A DNA stretch of 32,944 bases from a virus (Duplodnaviria > Caudoviricetes): the IMG/VR virus record IMGVR_UViG_3300037424_000710, positions 1-32,944 of that record. The stretch is one strand, 5' to 3'. This document shows, one piece after another, positions 25,701 through 32,944 of the stretch. Position numbers and translations under genes: made by a program. Under the pieces are notes generated by a model that worked only from the letters and a program-made list of their open reading frames with translations, was not told where the DNA came from and ran no database searches. Within the stretch, counting starts at the first letter, position 1. Each line of letters opens with the position of its first letter.

Positions 25701-27707
25701 GAACAGGTTGACGCCGCGGATATGACGACCGAGGACTTACAATCTTTGGTTGATATGGCCACGCACCTAACAGAATTAGGCAAGCTCAAGTTTCAACTGA
25801 AATTTAAGTACAACGAACGGGCACGCGAGAAAGCCAAGGCGGCGCTGGTGGCATCAACCCGCAATCTCGACCCGAAGTTATCCGGCCAAAATACCCAAAC
25901 CGACAAGCTCAAATCAGGAGCGCTCTACGCCTACATGGAAACCCTGCCGGGCCAGCGCGTGCCGGAACTGCTCGATAACTATACGGACGGGGAAAACGTC
26001 AGGCTGTATAAAGAGATTTGGAACGCGGAGCAAGCGGCCAATTGGGACAAGCGAACCGCGTTAATGTCGGCGGCGGATGAAATCAGTAAGCTTGGCATTG
26101 GTGAACTGACCGATGAGCAAAACGTCAAGATCATGATCAACATCCGCAACCAAGAGGGCGCGGAAGCGGCGACGATCACTCTGATGGAAAAGTTTGGCTT
26201 TGACGAAGTGCCGACGCTCACGCCACAAGAGCAGGGGCTAATCGACATTCTCAAGAAGTATTCCGGCGCCGACGTGGACAGGATCGCGGCGCTCTACGAG
26301 GAAACCAAGAACGAGCCTTTCGTCAGGTTGCCCAATCGAATCTTACCGCTCAAGTATGAGGGTGAGCATTACCTGTCGGCGGAAGAGGCGTTGCTAGACG
26401 ATCACAGGCGCACAAGCCAGGCGCAACAGGGCTTCACCCAAGCGCGCAAAGGTGGGGTCAAGAAGATCCCGCGCGTTGACGTGCTCGGCGTGTTCGAGCT
26501 GGGGCTAGATGAGCAAAAGTGGTATGTGCACGTCCAACCCGTGCTCGACGATGCGGCGCGGCTGGTGAAAACCAAGGACTATGTTGAAGCGGCCGGCGCC
26601 TCGGGCGCTAACTGGTGGGCCGATCACTTGGACATCATGGCGCGGCGCGGCTGGTCGGCAAGTGCGCATTTCTCGCCGTTCAATTCAGTCCTTAAAGCGG
26701 CGCGCGGCAATCTTACCAAGGCCGTGCTCGGCTACCGGCTGTCTACTATCATCATGCAACCGTTCGCGTTGTTCGATGCCATGGCCTATTCAAGCTCACG
26801 CTGGGGCGGAACCGCGGCGCTTGAAGTGGCGAAGGAATTTACCAAATCGTGGATTGTGCCGGGTGTAGCGAAGCGCACCATAGCCGGATCTGAAAAGCTT
26901 CAAATGCGCGCCGGTAGTAGCGGCGACGTTGCCATTCAAGAGGCGTTGACCGCGGCGCGAGCGCAAACCTCGCTGAGAAACAAGTTTGTTGCCAATGGCT
27001 TGGCGCTAATGTCCAAGGCCGATCAGCGAACCGCGGCCGGCGTGCAGGCCGGCATTCAAAACATTCTGGAACGGCGCGGCATTGCCAACGCTGCGCACGA
27101 AGCCGAGCAGCTCACCGACATGGTATCGTCAAGCTCTGACGTGTCTTTCCGGCCGCACGTACTCAGCCGCGGCGAGATGGCGCGCACCTGGTTTACCTTC
27201 GGCACGTTCGCGCTTAACCGCTGGGCGATCATCGCGCATGATCTCGTCGCCAAGGGCGTGGTCAAAGGTGACTGGCAAAAGAAGTTTAGCGCGGCGCTCG
27301 GTCTCTCGATTGTCATCGCCGGCACCATCGCCGAGGATGAGGCGCGGAAATACCTCTACGAGATGGTGTCGCAAAAGGAGCGCAAGCGGCGGTCAATTCT
27401 CGTAGACATGCTGTTTGCCCTGCCGTCGAATATCCCTCTGTTCGGCAACGTCTTTGATAATTTCACGGGCGGGAGCGGCACCGATATACCACTGACCAAA
27501 GTGGTCGGCGATCTACTCGGCGCAAGCAAAGCGATTTCAGCGGATAAGCCGGAAGCGAAGGCGAAGGCGCTGCTCAAGGCGACCGAGGCGGCTTTAACGC
27601 TGGGCGCCGGAGTGCCTGGGACAAGTCAGGTTTTTGATTTTGTCGAGGCGATCTTTCTACCCACCAAGAAAACAGGAAGTAAGGAACGAGTAGGAGTAGC
27701 AGACTGA
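22794..27707 (+). CDS. Large internal virion/DNA-ejection protein (positional gp16 equivalent)
   Basis: 1637 aa; Gly/Ala hydrophobic N-terminal region with EAGEEAYQ motif, long helical middle, hydrophobic C-terminus; last gene of the late operon. Confidence 0.75.
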   Translation: MAESELWVDLKTLAPREVPGREDPDSGFLSTIPAAAKPEDNPDQAFLSQLTNTADLVFINPDKVARSRVLSSTLNMPFGAVYDNVDEISKSFDERDPGWFKTAGDSFKSGIGDVYVNTARAMEWAGVPQFITEAKMPLTSLTLLQVGKRIQEAYMPPMTPEEFTFDKLIDPRWWATTPMRSLPSMLSLLPAGLVGAYAGAGGAAALSFGTFGRVVLGSLGATALTRPIESALEAGGTKEEAIRQGLSEDVANERAGFVFKRNMALGGMDLAQLATAFTPLRLVGGAANATLARRIISAVGKTGAVGLMEAGEEAYQTGIQQLARGENMEWNAEMKEGAALGAVFGVGIGVGGSVFTTLTGRLENHMPANLKEEFQANENAARVLGKSDEEAKLSAFDKLADTPGGKTFIEKEMGDLQSIAEGKELPALTSKDMESAIETMGEEEAFTLGEEQGEPDMLAGILTDEDIAAIGEGTSTFEQALGIEPDIGEMALDTPEELTREEENLRVLQEGAAKQGKTIPIIGPTPSLLSEAERAMKARAFVGGKPAGAENVLISEESYQAAVASLKEKTSGLHAGIDPTALADLVKIGVYHIERGLRTFPSWSKRLLEEYGEPIRARLEQIWEAAQDAISTQIQEKVDAILSKKQRATPQAVNAAADEHIRALIESGSELEYRGKTYSGAEKQGQNILLKGDPDKLVKGSNEILLIEESIPFDVPGEDIASRALSKVAERIVAQVEAVEGATQPAKDVKKQIRRTTGQEIVVKMIREDVALRAAFKKAEQSARVAYKSGGKDAIEAAKAEFRDVLMKAKAKAEVFGFREGFRVSEKLTRKEFIEAFKESQEVTKATQKMMIEYINENLPPEVRGKFLNAVVSQVSESKALSVFSQVDALQDKLTRRELLNEIKTLQEFKGQHLAVDYQKKITDLLGDINTKTINRKTLLKLSGLIDFAEAEGMPSGINRTMRANLARLEQVDAADMTTEDLQSLVDMATHLTELGKLKFQLKFKYNERAREKAKAALVASTRNLDPKLSGQNTQTDKLKSGALYAYMETLPGQRVPELLDNYTDGENVRLYKEIWNAEQAANWDKRTALMSAADEISKLGIGELTDEQNVKIMINIRNQEGAEAATITLMEKFGFDEVPTLTPQEQGLIDILKKYSGADVDRIAALYEETKNEPFVRLPNRILPLKYEGEHYLSAEEALLDDHRRTSQAQQGFTQARKGGVKKIPRVDVLGVFELGLDEQKWYVHVQPVLDDAARLVKTKDYVEAAGASGANWWADHLDIMARRGWSASAHFSPFNSVLKAARGNLTKAVLGYRLSTIIMQPFALFDAMAYSSSRWGGTAALEVAKEFTKSWIVPGVAKRTIAGSEKLQMRAGSSGDVAIQEALTAARAQTSLRNKFVANGLALMSKADQRTAAGVQAGIQNILERRGIANAAHEAEQLTDMVSSSSDVSFRPHVLSRGEMARTWFTFGTFALNRWAIIAHDLVAKGVVKGDWQKKFSAALGLSIVIAGTIAEDEARKYLYEMVSQKERKRRSILVDMLFALPSNIPLFGNVFDNFTGGSGTDIPLTKVVGDLLGASKAISADKPEAKAKALLKATEAALTLGAGVPGTSQVFDFVEAIFLPTKKTGSKERVGVAD

Positions 27708-27810
27708 CGAGCTTGTTTAAGTGGTCGCTGAGAATCTCACCCCAATAGGCGCCAGCCCAAAAACCCAAGGTAAAGAGCAGCGCACAGAAGGCCACGCCAT
27801 AGGGATTCAT
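27574..27810 (-). CDS. Small two-TM membrane protein
   Basis: ATGA coupling to the GT-C-like gene stop; two hydrophobic helices; overlaps the convergent gene by 134 nt. Confidence 0.4.
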   Translation of the reverse strand: MNPYGVAFCALLFTLGFWAGAYWGEILSDHLNKLVSLLLLLVPYFLFSWWVERSPRQNQKPDLSQALRRPALKPPRSP

Positions 27811-28943
27811 CCCACAATCCTAACCGCGATAAAGTAAACAACCAGCGAAATGTCGATTGCAACCGCGAGCAGGATCAGTGATTTAAAAGTCGCCGTTATC
27901 TCAGTGCGGCGCCGGAGCAGCAACCAGAACAGCAGCGGCATGAACTCAAGGCTGAAACGGTAGCCCGCCTGTCTAAACCCCGTCGATCTAAACGCCAGCA
28001 TGACGGTTGCAATGATAATCGTGTTTGCCAGGATCAACCAATCGGTGCGCTCCCAGCGCCGGCCGCCAATCAGGTAAACCAGCCACGGCGACATCAATAA
28101 GACGCTGGTGCCGACGTGTTCCCGATCGGGTAGCCCTAACAGGAAGGTTTCCAGGTTTATCGGTATGTGCCAGAGGGCGAACAGAGGGCCGGCGATGTTG
28201 CCGCGCACGTTCCAATCCGCGTGCGCCAGGGTCTCGCTATACATTTGGTAGGTGTAACCGAACTCAAGCGGGTTGCCAAACCGAGCGAAGTTATAAAGCG
28301 CGATCGGCGCGGCAATCAGGGCGAAGCAGGCGCACAGCGTCACGCCGCGGGCTAGGCGCTCTTTTACCGGGCGGGATTCAAACCAGAACGCGCCTAGAAA
28401 GAACAGGGCGTTAATCGCCATGGCGGGCCGATTGGCCATGGCGCCGCCGATTAGAAGCCCAATCAGCCACGGGCGCTTTTTGCCGACGAACTCGCAGAGC
28501 GCAAGGACGATAAACAGCGTTCCGGCGGTGTGCGCGATGTGCCAGTTAAACACGGCGACTTCGAGGAATGCGGTGCCGAAGCAGAAAGCGATTGCCAGCC
28601 AAACGGAATCATTGGACGAATAGCCAGACTTCAGTGCGATCCGGTAGGTAACGTAGAACGTCGCTAGCACAAGGATGAAATTTAGCGCACCTTGGGGAAA
28701 CTCGCCGGTCAAGATGATGAATGGGATGGCCACGATTGACGGCCCGACGCCGAACGGACAAAATAAGCGGCCATCGAACAAGGCTAGGTCAAGGATGCCA
28801 CTAGCGGGCATGTTGAGATAGGAGAGTTGCCCGTGGAGAAACGATTCGGCGAGGCGGGTATAAATGCCGCTGTGGGGCGACGTGAGATTGACGATGGCAA
28901 GAGCGGCGAGGATTGCCAGGGCGATGGATAGGGGGATTGCCAT
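27807..28943 (-). CDS. Polytopic membrane protein, GT-C-fold glycosyltransferase-like
   Basis: About 9-10 TM helices; loop YTRLAESFLHGQL...DLALFDGRLF; ANRP, YNFARFGNPLEFGY and GYRFSLEFMP motifs. Confidence 0.7.
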   Translation of the reverse strand: MAIPLSIALAILAALAIVNLTSPHSGIYTRLAESFLHGQLSYLNMPASGILDLALFDGRLFCPFGVGPSIVAIPFIILTGEFPQGALNFILVLATFYVTYRIALKSGYSSNDSVWLAIAFCFGTAFLEVAVFNWHIAHTAGTLFIVLALCEFVGKKRPWLIGLLIGGAMANRPAMAINALFFLGAFWFESRPVKERLARGVTLCACFALIAAPIALYNFARFGNPLEFGYTYQMYSETLAHADWNVRGNIAGPLFALWHIPINLETFLLGLPDREHVGTSVLLMSPWLVYLIGGRRWERTDWLILANTIIIATVMLAFRSTGFRQAGYRFSLEFMPLLFWLLLRRRTEITATFKSLILLAVAIDISLVVYFIAVRIVG

Positions 28944-29371
28944 TACCGTTCTTGCTCGTAGTAGTCCGGGCGGCCCAAATATTCAAGGCTTCCCTTGAGT
29001 CTGGATACCCGGCGTTTCACTTGCTCGCGGGTTTCCTTCTTTCCTTCGTTGAGCGCCGACTCCCAAAACTGAATCTCCCAACCAATCTGTTCCTTCAACC
29101 TGCGGATGCGATCGTTAAGGGTTCTGATCTCATCGCGCATGTAGCTGATGTGATTTGTATTGGCCCGGTGAATGTCTTCTGGCGTCGGTGGCGCTGGCGG
29201 CTCAGGTCGGGCATACTCGACTATTGCACCTAAAAGCTCATTGTCATCTTGCTCTTTTGCCTCATCCACGGTGGAGTCATCGGCGGTTCCATCAATAGAC
29301 TTTAAACGTCTGATAATTCCTGCGGTGGCGCTTTTGTAACCCATTGTTTCTTGAAGGGTTTTCGTATCCAA
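28943..29371 (-). CDS. Hypothetical coiled-coil protein
   Basis: 142 aa from TTG (alternative ATG 29344); TAATG coupling to the GT-C-like gene. Confidence 0.55.
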   Translation of the reverse strand: MDTKTLQETMGYKSATAGIIRRLKSIDGTADDSTVDEAKEQDDNELLGAIVEYARPEPPAPPTPEDIHRANTNHISYMRDEIRTLNDRIRRLKEQIGWEIQFWESALNEGKKETREQVKRRVSRLKGSLEYLGRPDYYEQER

Positions 29372-29393
29372 CGACCGATAAGAAATACAGTGA

Positions 29394-29406
29394 AATCAAC
29401 TACTTA
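29394..29406 (+). promoter_or_regulatory. Candidate IHF-binding site
   Basis: AATCAACTACTTA matches WATCAANNNNTTR inside an AT-rich intergenic stretch. Confidence 0.35.
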
Positions 29407-29510
29407 GAGCATAATACTACATCAGTTTATATACTGCATTCACTACTTACTTTCTCACCAGTTTGATAAGGGACTTTTGCCCGGAATTATGTGAACCTCG
29501 GTTACTCCTG

Positions 29511-29921
29511 TCATCGTTGCCGCCCGCGATTGCTCGCATTGCCGCGCGTCTGAATAGGGCCAGCAACCGTCTTTTTACGCCTTCGCGTTGGCTTGGGCTT
29601 AGACTCGCTAATTTCGTTGTCAACGTTTTGCTCGACATGATCGGTAGCCTCTCTTTCGATAGAGGCTACTTTCAAGTCTTGTGCCGTTGGTTCGCCGATC
29701 AAAAGCCAGTCAGCGGTTACGTGAAAAAGCTTGCAGAGTTTTTGAGTAGTGTCGGCGTTTGGTCGCCGTCGATCATTCTCATAATCACTCCACAGCGAGT
29801 AACTCACCCCGTAGCGCTCCGCGAACTTCCTCACAGACATTTTTTTTGATTCCCTAAGCCCACGTAAACGTTTGCCAATTCCCTCGTGCTGAATTTTCTT
29901 TTCTTTTTCTCTTGACGCCAT
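29511..29921 (-). CDS. XRE-family HTH repressor (CI-like, no peptidase domain)
   Basis: IGKRLRGLRE..KMS...FA...GVS....SDYENDRRRP......KL...FHVTADWLL; divergent from the Cro-like gene. Confidence 0.85.
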   Translation of the reverse strand: MASREKEKKIQHEGIGKRLRGLRESKKMSVRKFAERYGVSYSLWSDYENDRRRPNADTTQKLCKLFHVTADWLLIGEPTAQDLKVASIEREATDHVEQNVDNEISESKPKPTRRRKKTVAGPIQTRGNASNRGRQR

Positions 29922-29986
29922 GTGTGTTATGCGTTATTAGAACACGTAACGGTATTACTAATTTATTAATAATAGGAGTTGAGCAC
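29912..29986. promoter_or_regulatory. Immunity switch region: candidate rightward promoter and operator-like inverted repeats
   Basis: TTGACG (29912) -17 bp- TATTAG (29935); CGTTA-N10-TAACG (29932-29951); TATTACTAAT-TT-ATTAATAATA (29953-29974). Confidence 0.5.
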
Positions 29987-30187
29987 ATGACACCAGAGAA
30001 AATCAAGGCCCGAATGAAAGAAAAAAAGCTTAATCAGAATTCGCTCGCTAAGCGCCTTGGCGTCTCTCAGACATCGGTAAACTTTTTGATTCACGGAAAG
30101 CCGCCGAGCGAAAAATTGGAGAAGAGATTTGCGCGGGCGCTCGGGCTCAACGTCGAAGAACTGCGCGGCGAAGTGGAGGCGGCGTAG
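29987..30187 (+). CDS. Cro-like HTH regulator (66 aa)
   Basis: LNQNSLAKRLGVSQTSVNFLIHG helix-turn-helix; AGGAG RBS before ATG 29987. Confidence 0.85.
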   Translation: MTPEKIKARMKEKKLNQNSLAKRLGVSQTSVNFLIHGKPPSEKLEKRFARALGLNVEELRGEVEAA

Positions 30188-30190
30188 TCC

Positions 30191-31108
30191 ATGAGCGAAA
30201 ACTTTCTCGTTCATATCGACAAAGCGAAGCGCGAAATAGCCGCTGCTGATTCGCTCGTAAAGGTGAAGGATCTTTGGAACAAGGCCGATGCGATGCGGGC
30301 GCTTGGTCAGGCGGCGAAGGATCTCGACCTCATCAACTCGGCTACCGAGTTTAAACTTCGGTGTGAACGGCGGCTCGGGGAAATGCTGCAAGGGACCGAC
30401 CTGCACAAGGGCGGACGGCCAACCGATAAAACCGTTAATACCCCTAGTAAGGGTTTCACTCTCAAGGAACTTGGAATCGACAACAATCTTTCCTCCCGCG
30501 CTCAACGAATTGCGGCAGTCCCTGAAGAGAAGTTTGAAGCTGCGATCGCAACCGTCCGGCAAGAAGAACAGCAGATAACGCACCGGGCGATTGCATCGCT
30601 TATTGGAGAAAACTTTAATCACCGCGCGGAAGGCACCGGCGACAACGAGTGGTACACGCCAGCAAAATACGTTGAGTTGGCGCGTACCGTTCTCGGCGAC
30701 ATCGACCTTGACCCCGCCAGCAGCGATTTTGCCCAAGAGTCCATTCAAGCGACAAAGTTTTTTACTCGACAGGATAACGGCCTTGCGCAGCCATGGGCCG
30801 GACGAGTTTGGCTCAATCCGCCCTACACGCAACCCGACATCAGCAATTTCGTTTGCAAGCTGTTGGCTGAACTCGATGGGGCGCGAGTAGCTTCGGCTAT
30901 TCTTCTTACCCACAACTACACGGACACGGAATGGTTTCACCGCGCCGAATCCAAGGCGAGGTTGATTTGTTTCACGAAGGGACGAATCGGATTTGTAAAC
31001 GAGTTGGGCGAGAAAGCCGCGCCAACTCAGGGACAAGCTTTCTTCTATTACGGCGAGGACAAAGAAGCATTTCAGCGCGAGTTCGCAGCGGTTGGGTTTA
31101 TTCGTTGA
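30191..31108 (+). CDS. Phage DNA N6-adenine methyltransferase with N-terminal helical extension
   Basis: NEWYTP, IDLDPAS and WLNPPY motifs, TDTEWFH, GRIGF. Confidence 0.88.
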   Translation: MSENFLVHIDKAKREIAAADSLVKVKDLWNKADAMRALGQAAKDLDLINSATEFKLRCERRLGEMLQGTDLHKGGRPTDKTVNTPSKGFTLKELGIDNNLSSRAQRIAAVPEEKFEAAIATVRQEEQQITHRAIASLIGENFNHRAEGTGDNEWYTPAKYVELARTVLGDIDLDPASSDFAQESIQATKFFTRQDNGLAQPWAGRVWLNPPYTQPDISNFVCKLLAELDGARVASAILLTHNYTDTEWFHRAESKARLICFTKGRIGFVNELGEKAAPTQGQAFFYYGEDKEAFQREFAAVGFIR

Positions 31109-31114
31109 GTAGCC

Positions 31115-31489
31115 ATGACTTTCTTTCGCAAAGATCCCGGCGACATCTCGAACCATTTCGATGAACTTTTTAAAGACATCGGACACCGGGGAAGCTCGTT
31201 CATGGATATCGACAAGCTTTGGATTGTACACGATGGCAGGACGGGAAGATTTTTGATGTTCGAATTCAAAAACAGAAACGAAAAACTGAGCGGATCGCAG
31301 GAATGGGTTCTCACTGAATTTGCCAAGTTGCCCGGCTGTAAGAGCGTCGCCATTTGGTACGACGGCGAAGATGATTACAAAGTTATTTATTACCCTGACA
31401 AAGTTGACGACCGCGTAGGCGAGCGCGCGTTGCAACAGATGCTCAAAGACTGGTGGGAACAATCCCACCGCCAACCCGGCGCGGCATAG
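31115..31489 (+). CDS. PD-(D/E)XK nuclease-like protein
   Basis: MDID...FLMFEFK...LSGSQ pattern. Confidence 0.55.
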   Translation: MTFFRKDPGDISNHFDELFKDIGHRGSSFMDIDKLWIVHDGRTGRFLMFEFKNRNEKLSGSQEWVLTEFAKLPGCKSVAIWYDGEDDYKVIYYPDKVDDRVGERALQQMLKDWWEQSHRQPGAA

Positions 31490-31789
31490 GAGGCGATGAT
31501 GAAAAAGCAATTCAGAAAAAAGCCAATGGTGATTGAAGCCGTGCAATTCTTTGTAGCGAAACACCCATGGCCTAAAGGCGTTAAGCCCGCCGTACTGCAA
31601 CACAATGTTCCGGGAGACCGCAACTACTGGCCCGCCGGTTCTCCGATCTGCGTTACTAAACACGATCAAGACACCCTGGTAGCCGATGGAGACTGGATCA
31701 TACCTGAGCCGGACGGTGAGCATTTTTACCCCTGCAAGCCGGACATTTTCGAAGCTACTTATGAGCCAGTGGAGTAGGAGGCGATGATG
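31487..31789 (+). repeat. 15-bp direct repeat TAGGAGGCGATGATG at 31487-31501 and 31775-31789
   Basis: Identical stop+SD+ATGATG junction on both sides of the 31496-31777 gene. Confidence 0.85.
31496..31777 (+). CDS. Conserved small phage protein (RKKP..IEAVQF...GDWII...YPCKPDIF family)
   Basis: Recognisable widespread phage motif set; strong RBS. Confidence 0.8.
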   Translation: MMKKQFRKKPMVIEAVQFFVAKHPWPKGVKPAVLQHNVPGDRNYWPAGSPICVTKHDQDTLVADGDWIIPEPDGEHFYPCKPDIFEATYEPVE

Positions 31790-32065
31790 GACGAAGTAAA
31801 GCACACGGCAATAATCGAAGAGTTCTTTGACACTGTACGCGGCTGCAAAACGTTGGACGAGGCGAAGGTGCGCACCAATATGAAGAGTGACGAATTTATC
31901 AAAACCATTGTCAACTCTCATGACGAACTCGTTGCTGCGCTGAAATGTTTCGTCCACCAATTCAGGAACAATCAGCCGTGTTTTTGTTCGCCGTATTCCA
32001 TAGCGGAAGGCCATACGGGTCGTTGTCTGAAAGCCCGCGCCGCGCTCGGCAAGGTGAAACAATGA
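31784..32065 (+). CDS. Hypothetical phage protein (VNSHDELVAALK...ARAAL motif)
   Basis: Strong RBS; common early-gene motif. Confidence 0.7.
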   Translation: MMDEVKHTAIIEEFFDTVRGCKTLDEAKVRTNMKSDEFIKTIVNSHDELVAALKCFVHQFRNNQPCFCSPYSIAEGHTGRCLKARAALGKVKQ

Positions 32066-32271
32066 ATCAATCATCGCCAATCCCGCTTAACCACAAACCG
32101 AAACGTGATCTCGGTAAGCCCGCCTTCGATCTCGATGCAACAAAGCGAATGGCTCTTAAGTGTGTAACCAACGGCTACGAGGGAACGCTGGACCACCTGA
32201 TAAATGATTTTTGCTGTGACGATAACGGCATCTACTTCAAGCATGACGCAGACCTTAGCAAAAAGGATTGA
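32062..32271 (+). CDS. Hypothetical protein (69 aa)
   Basis: ATGA coupling, AAGGTG RBS. Confidence 0.55.
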   Translation: MNQSSPIPLNHKPKRDLGKPAFDLDATKRMALKCVTNGYEGTLDHLINDFCCDDNGIYFKHDADLSKKD

Positions 32272-32648
32272 ACGCCATGAACTACGCAAGCCCAAGAAAA
32301 AACACACCGCCTTGCCCACCTAGTCAGGCACCCGCTACCCACCACGTTGCCCAGCTAGGAGATGGCTTTTTTCCGCTGATGGTGAAAGCGGCCGGAATCA
32401 CTCGCAAGGAGCTGCAATTCGATCTGCGGTATTCCAAGACCTACGTCGATCTCATCATGGCTGGCCGAAAGCATGATCCTGTGAATCGTGCGCGGCTGTT
32501 TTGCTCCATGCTGCGCAAGCTCAAGCGCATGGATTTGGTAGCCGCAACAATCGTCCATGTGGCCGGCGGCGACGATTTTGACGGGCGCGTGCTGACGGCG
32601 GTTCAAGTTGAGGCGTTGAAGGAACTGGCGAAGGTGATTACCAAATGA
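32268..32648 (+). CDS. Hypothetical, possibly HTH regulator
   Basis: GITRKELQFDLRYSKTYVDLIMAG looks HTH-like; early operon. Confidence 0.55.
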   Translation: MNAMNYASPRKNTPPCPPSQAPATHHVAQLGDGFFPLMVKAAGITRKELQFDLRYSKTYVDLIMAGRKHDPVNRARLFCSMLRKLKRMDLVAATIVHVAGGDDFDGRVLTAVQVEALKELAKVITK

Positions 32649-32833
32649 TTCGTCCGAAACGAAAGCTGAAGCCGCAGGACTGGCTACGAGTATTCGAGCT
32701 TGCCCGCGTCAACGGCGCGGACAACAATCAGCGTTTGTTGCCAAACAACGGCTGGAAATTCCCGCGTGATACGTGGCTTCAAGGGCGCCTGACAGAACTG
32801 AAACGAAAAGACTGTGAAAAAAGAAACGATTAA
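32645..32833 (+). CDS. Hypothetical protein (62 aa)
   Basis: ATGA coupling, AAGGTGA RBS. Confidence 0.45.
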   Translation: MIRPKRKLKPQDWLRVFELARVNGADNNQRLLPNNGWKFPRDTWLQGRLTELKRKDCEKRND

Positions 32834-32944
32834 AAGATTTTTTATCTACGTGCAATTGGAGCGAAGTGATGGACACTGAAATTTTAGACAAGCTGTATTT
32901 GGAAATCTCGCAATACACACGGGCTAAAACTAGGCGCCAGATCG

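Larger units (their letters stand above)
1..32944. mobile_element. Part of a temperate podovirus-like phage/prophage (packaging, head, short tail, ejection, immunity and early modules); ends lie outside the window
   Basis: Syntenic terS-terL-portal-scaffold-capsid-tail tube A/B-internal virion genes plus a divergent XRE repressor/Cro-like pair; no host housekeeping genes seen. Confidence 0.95.

Noticed and set aside
29404-29431. dif-like XerCD site (TTAGAGCATAA-TACTAC-ATCAGTTTATA)
   Set aside because: Only GCATAA matches; the XerD arm TTATGTTAAAT is poorly matched
29966-32080. 704-aa minus-strand ORF as a real CDS
   Set aside because: It is the codon-register mirror of five well-supported + strand genes and has no recognisable motifs; kept only as a finding
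1-32944. Complete diversity-generating retroelement
   Set aside because: No reverse transcriptase, Avd or non-coding template copy of the propeller unit was found in this window

Overview
The window is part of a temperate, short-tailed (podovirus-like) phage or prophage with a T7/BPP-1/epsilon15-type virion module. On the + strand it runs terS, terL, portal, scaffold, a structured ~375-nt non-coding region, major capsid, a cement-like protein, a glycosyltransferase-like and methyltransferase pair, tail tube A/B, small internal virion proteins, a gp17-like fibre adapter, an 863-aa fibre with a Sec-type signal peptide, a 7-blade near-identical-repeat beta-propeller, a membrane cassette with a type IV pilin, and two large ejection proteins. 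Next comes a - strand block (GT-C-like membrane enzyme, XRE repressor), then the divergent early operon (Cro-like protein, N6-adenine MTase, PD-(D/E)XK-like protein, small genes). No integrase, att site, endolysin, reverse transcriptase or CRISPR array is visible. The pilin resembles Geobacter/deltaproteobacterial PilA, which hints at the host group (inference). The most unusual items are: (1) the mosaic 7x138-bp propeller, whose variable codons look like adenine-mutated AAC/AAT; (2) the phage pilin plus GT-C enzyme, possibly for receptor conversion; (3) the exported, disulfide-rich fibre; (4) a tRNA-like fold with a GCAA tetraloop in place of the anticodon; (5) two antisense Cys-containing micro-ORFs with matching leaderless-type upstream motifs. 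All calls come from reading the sequence and motifs by eye; no searches were run.
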